DNA of 62,431 nucleotides, filler included, from Dimargaris cristalligena (taxonomy: Eukaryota), in the NCBI GenBank assembly GCA_003614675.1. It is 9 parts of 9 records of this genome, joined end to end, with 100 filler letters (N's around TTAATTAATTAA, not from the genome) between each part and the next. Parts side by side here need not be neighbours in the genome. Positions count along the whole stretch, not along the records: positions 55,643 to 62,431 come from ML003481.1; 8 more parts are not named here. The stretch is one strand, 5' to 3'. Made by a program: the position numbers and the translations under genes. Positions 61,324-62,431 of the stretch are shown piece after piece. Below the pieces are notes generated by a model, which worked only from the letters and a program-made list of their open reading frames with translations, did not search any database and was not told where the DNA came from. The first letter of the stretch is position 1, and each line of letters opens with the position of its first letter.

Positions 61324-62431
61324 TTCGCCACCATATTATGTCTACCGTTCACTGATATACCCCAGTATATATAGCTATTGAAAAATGAATCCAGTCCCCC
61401 TATACCAACCCCATCTATCGGTTCAATTGGGATATCGCATACCTTCTTTGCCCATTTCTTGATATTGCCGGCTCAGTCCTCCGATTCCTGGTATTTTTTA
61501 TAGATCTAAAATAGTAAACACGCATTGTTACTGGCACAGAAGTCGACCTATAGCTGCTTTTGTTATGGCCTAACCACCCAGGTTCTGCAGGGCAAGTCCA
61601 ACGGTTGGGTAGCGAACACTGTGTCTAGTCGTTGGCTAGGTTTTTTCTGTGGTTAGGTTGGGGTAATGGTTAATCCCTTTTGCTTCAGTGAACAAAGGAG
61701 AGGATACTACTACTACTGAGTAATACTTTGTCAAAGGGGGACCTGTCCAGTGTACTCTTGGATTGATTCTTTTAGATGCGATAGTTGAAGGGGCGGAAAC
61801 AGAGGGGATTCTCTCGCCTCTTCCCCAGCTAGTGGTACGGGTATCCCATCATTGTCATTATTCTCCACAGACCCCCCTCTCCCTCTCCTTCTCCTATTCT
61901 CTTCGCTTCTTCCCCACAATTCATGGGTCTGTTTTCGTACTTACATTTCATTAGGTATTAACCGATCCCCTCTATCATGGCAGAAGGAAATTCGCCACTC
62001 CCTTTTCCTACCCTTTTAGTCCACATACCTATACTGTTTCTCCACTAACCCACTCATCCCAATGAACTAGTTCAAGTTAGGGCAACTATAACTATATATA
62101 AATATATATGCCTTTTTTTTTTTAAAAAAAAAGAATTAAACAAATTATTAGATGAGGTAATACGATATGTGGGGGGAATAAGCATGAGGGCAAAAAAGGA
62201 GTGGCGGCAATTCTAAAAATAGTACCATGGGAAAGATCAAGTCTTGGGGGGGAGGTATGGCCCCACAAATTAAGGTGGATGAGACGGACTCTCTTCCAAC
62301 AGGGGGGGGGGGGGGGGGTGGTTGAAGCCCGGATTGTAGAAGCCGCAAAGGGCGTCAAGAAAGGAAAAGGGAGGAGGGGAGTGGGTTACAGTGCAAATGG
62401 AGAATTTAAATGGATAATGGGTACTAGTGGT

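Overview
Fungal genomic DNA, not one continuous locus. It consists of nine unrelated ~6.8-6.9 kb contigs in descending length order, joined by artificial 100-nt linkers (N44-TTAATTAATTAA-N44). Short GT-AG introns, a PP4R1-like gene, a 7TM-RGS receptor and lineage-specific secreted genes suggest an early-diverging fungus; my best guess is a Zoopagomycota mycoparasite such as Dimargaris (inference only). Recognisable genes are a nine-finger C2H2 protein, 7TM-RGS, PP4R1-like HEAT protein, NC2-alpha (BUR6/DRAP1), Esc2/Rad60-like protein, Spo7, an alpha/beta-hydrolase-fold protein lacking the catalytic Ser, two broken APH-like kinase copies and an H...NCQxW papain-like protein. The main highlights are: (1) an effector-like set of tiny signal peptide-pro-KR-cationic peptide precursors plus a secreted F-box protein; (2) near-total CpG erasure in repeats and in gene copies next to LTRs, pointing to methylation/RIP-like hypermutation that spreads into genes; (3) a mitochondrial cox2 exon between two group I introns fused to nuclear DNA; (4) three LTR families and one MITE family, including a nested insertion with a perfect TSD; (5) a small two-exon SH3/KOW-like gene missed by the ORF track. 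All family assignments come from motif recognition by eye; no database searches were run.
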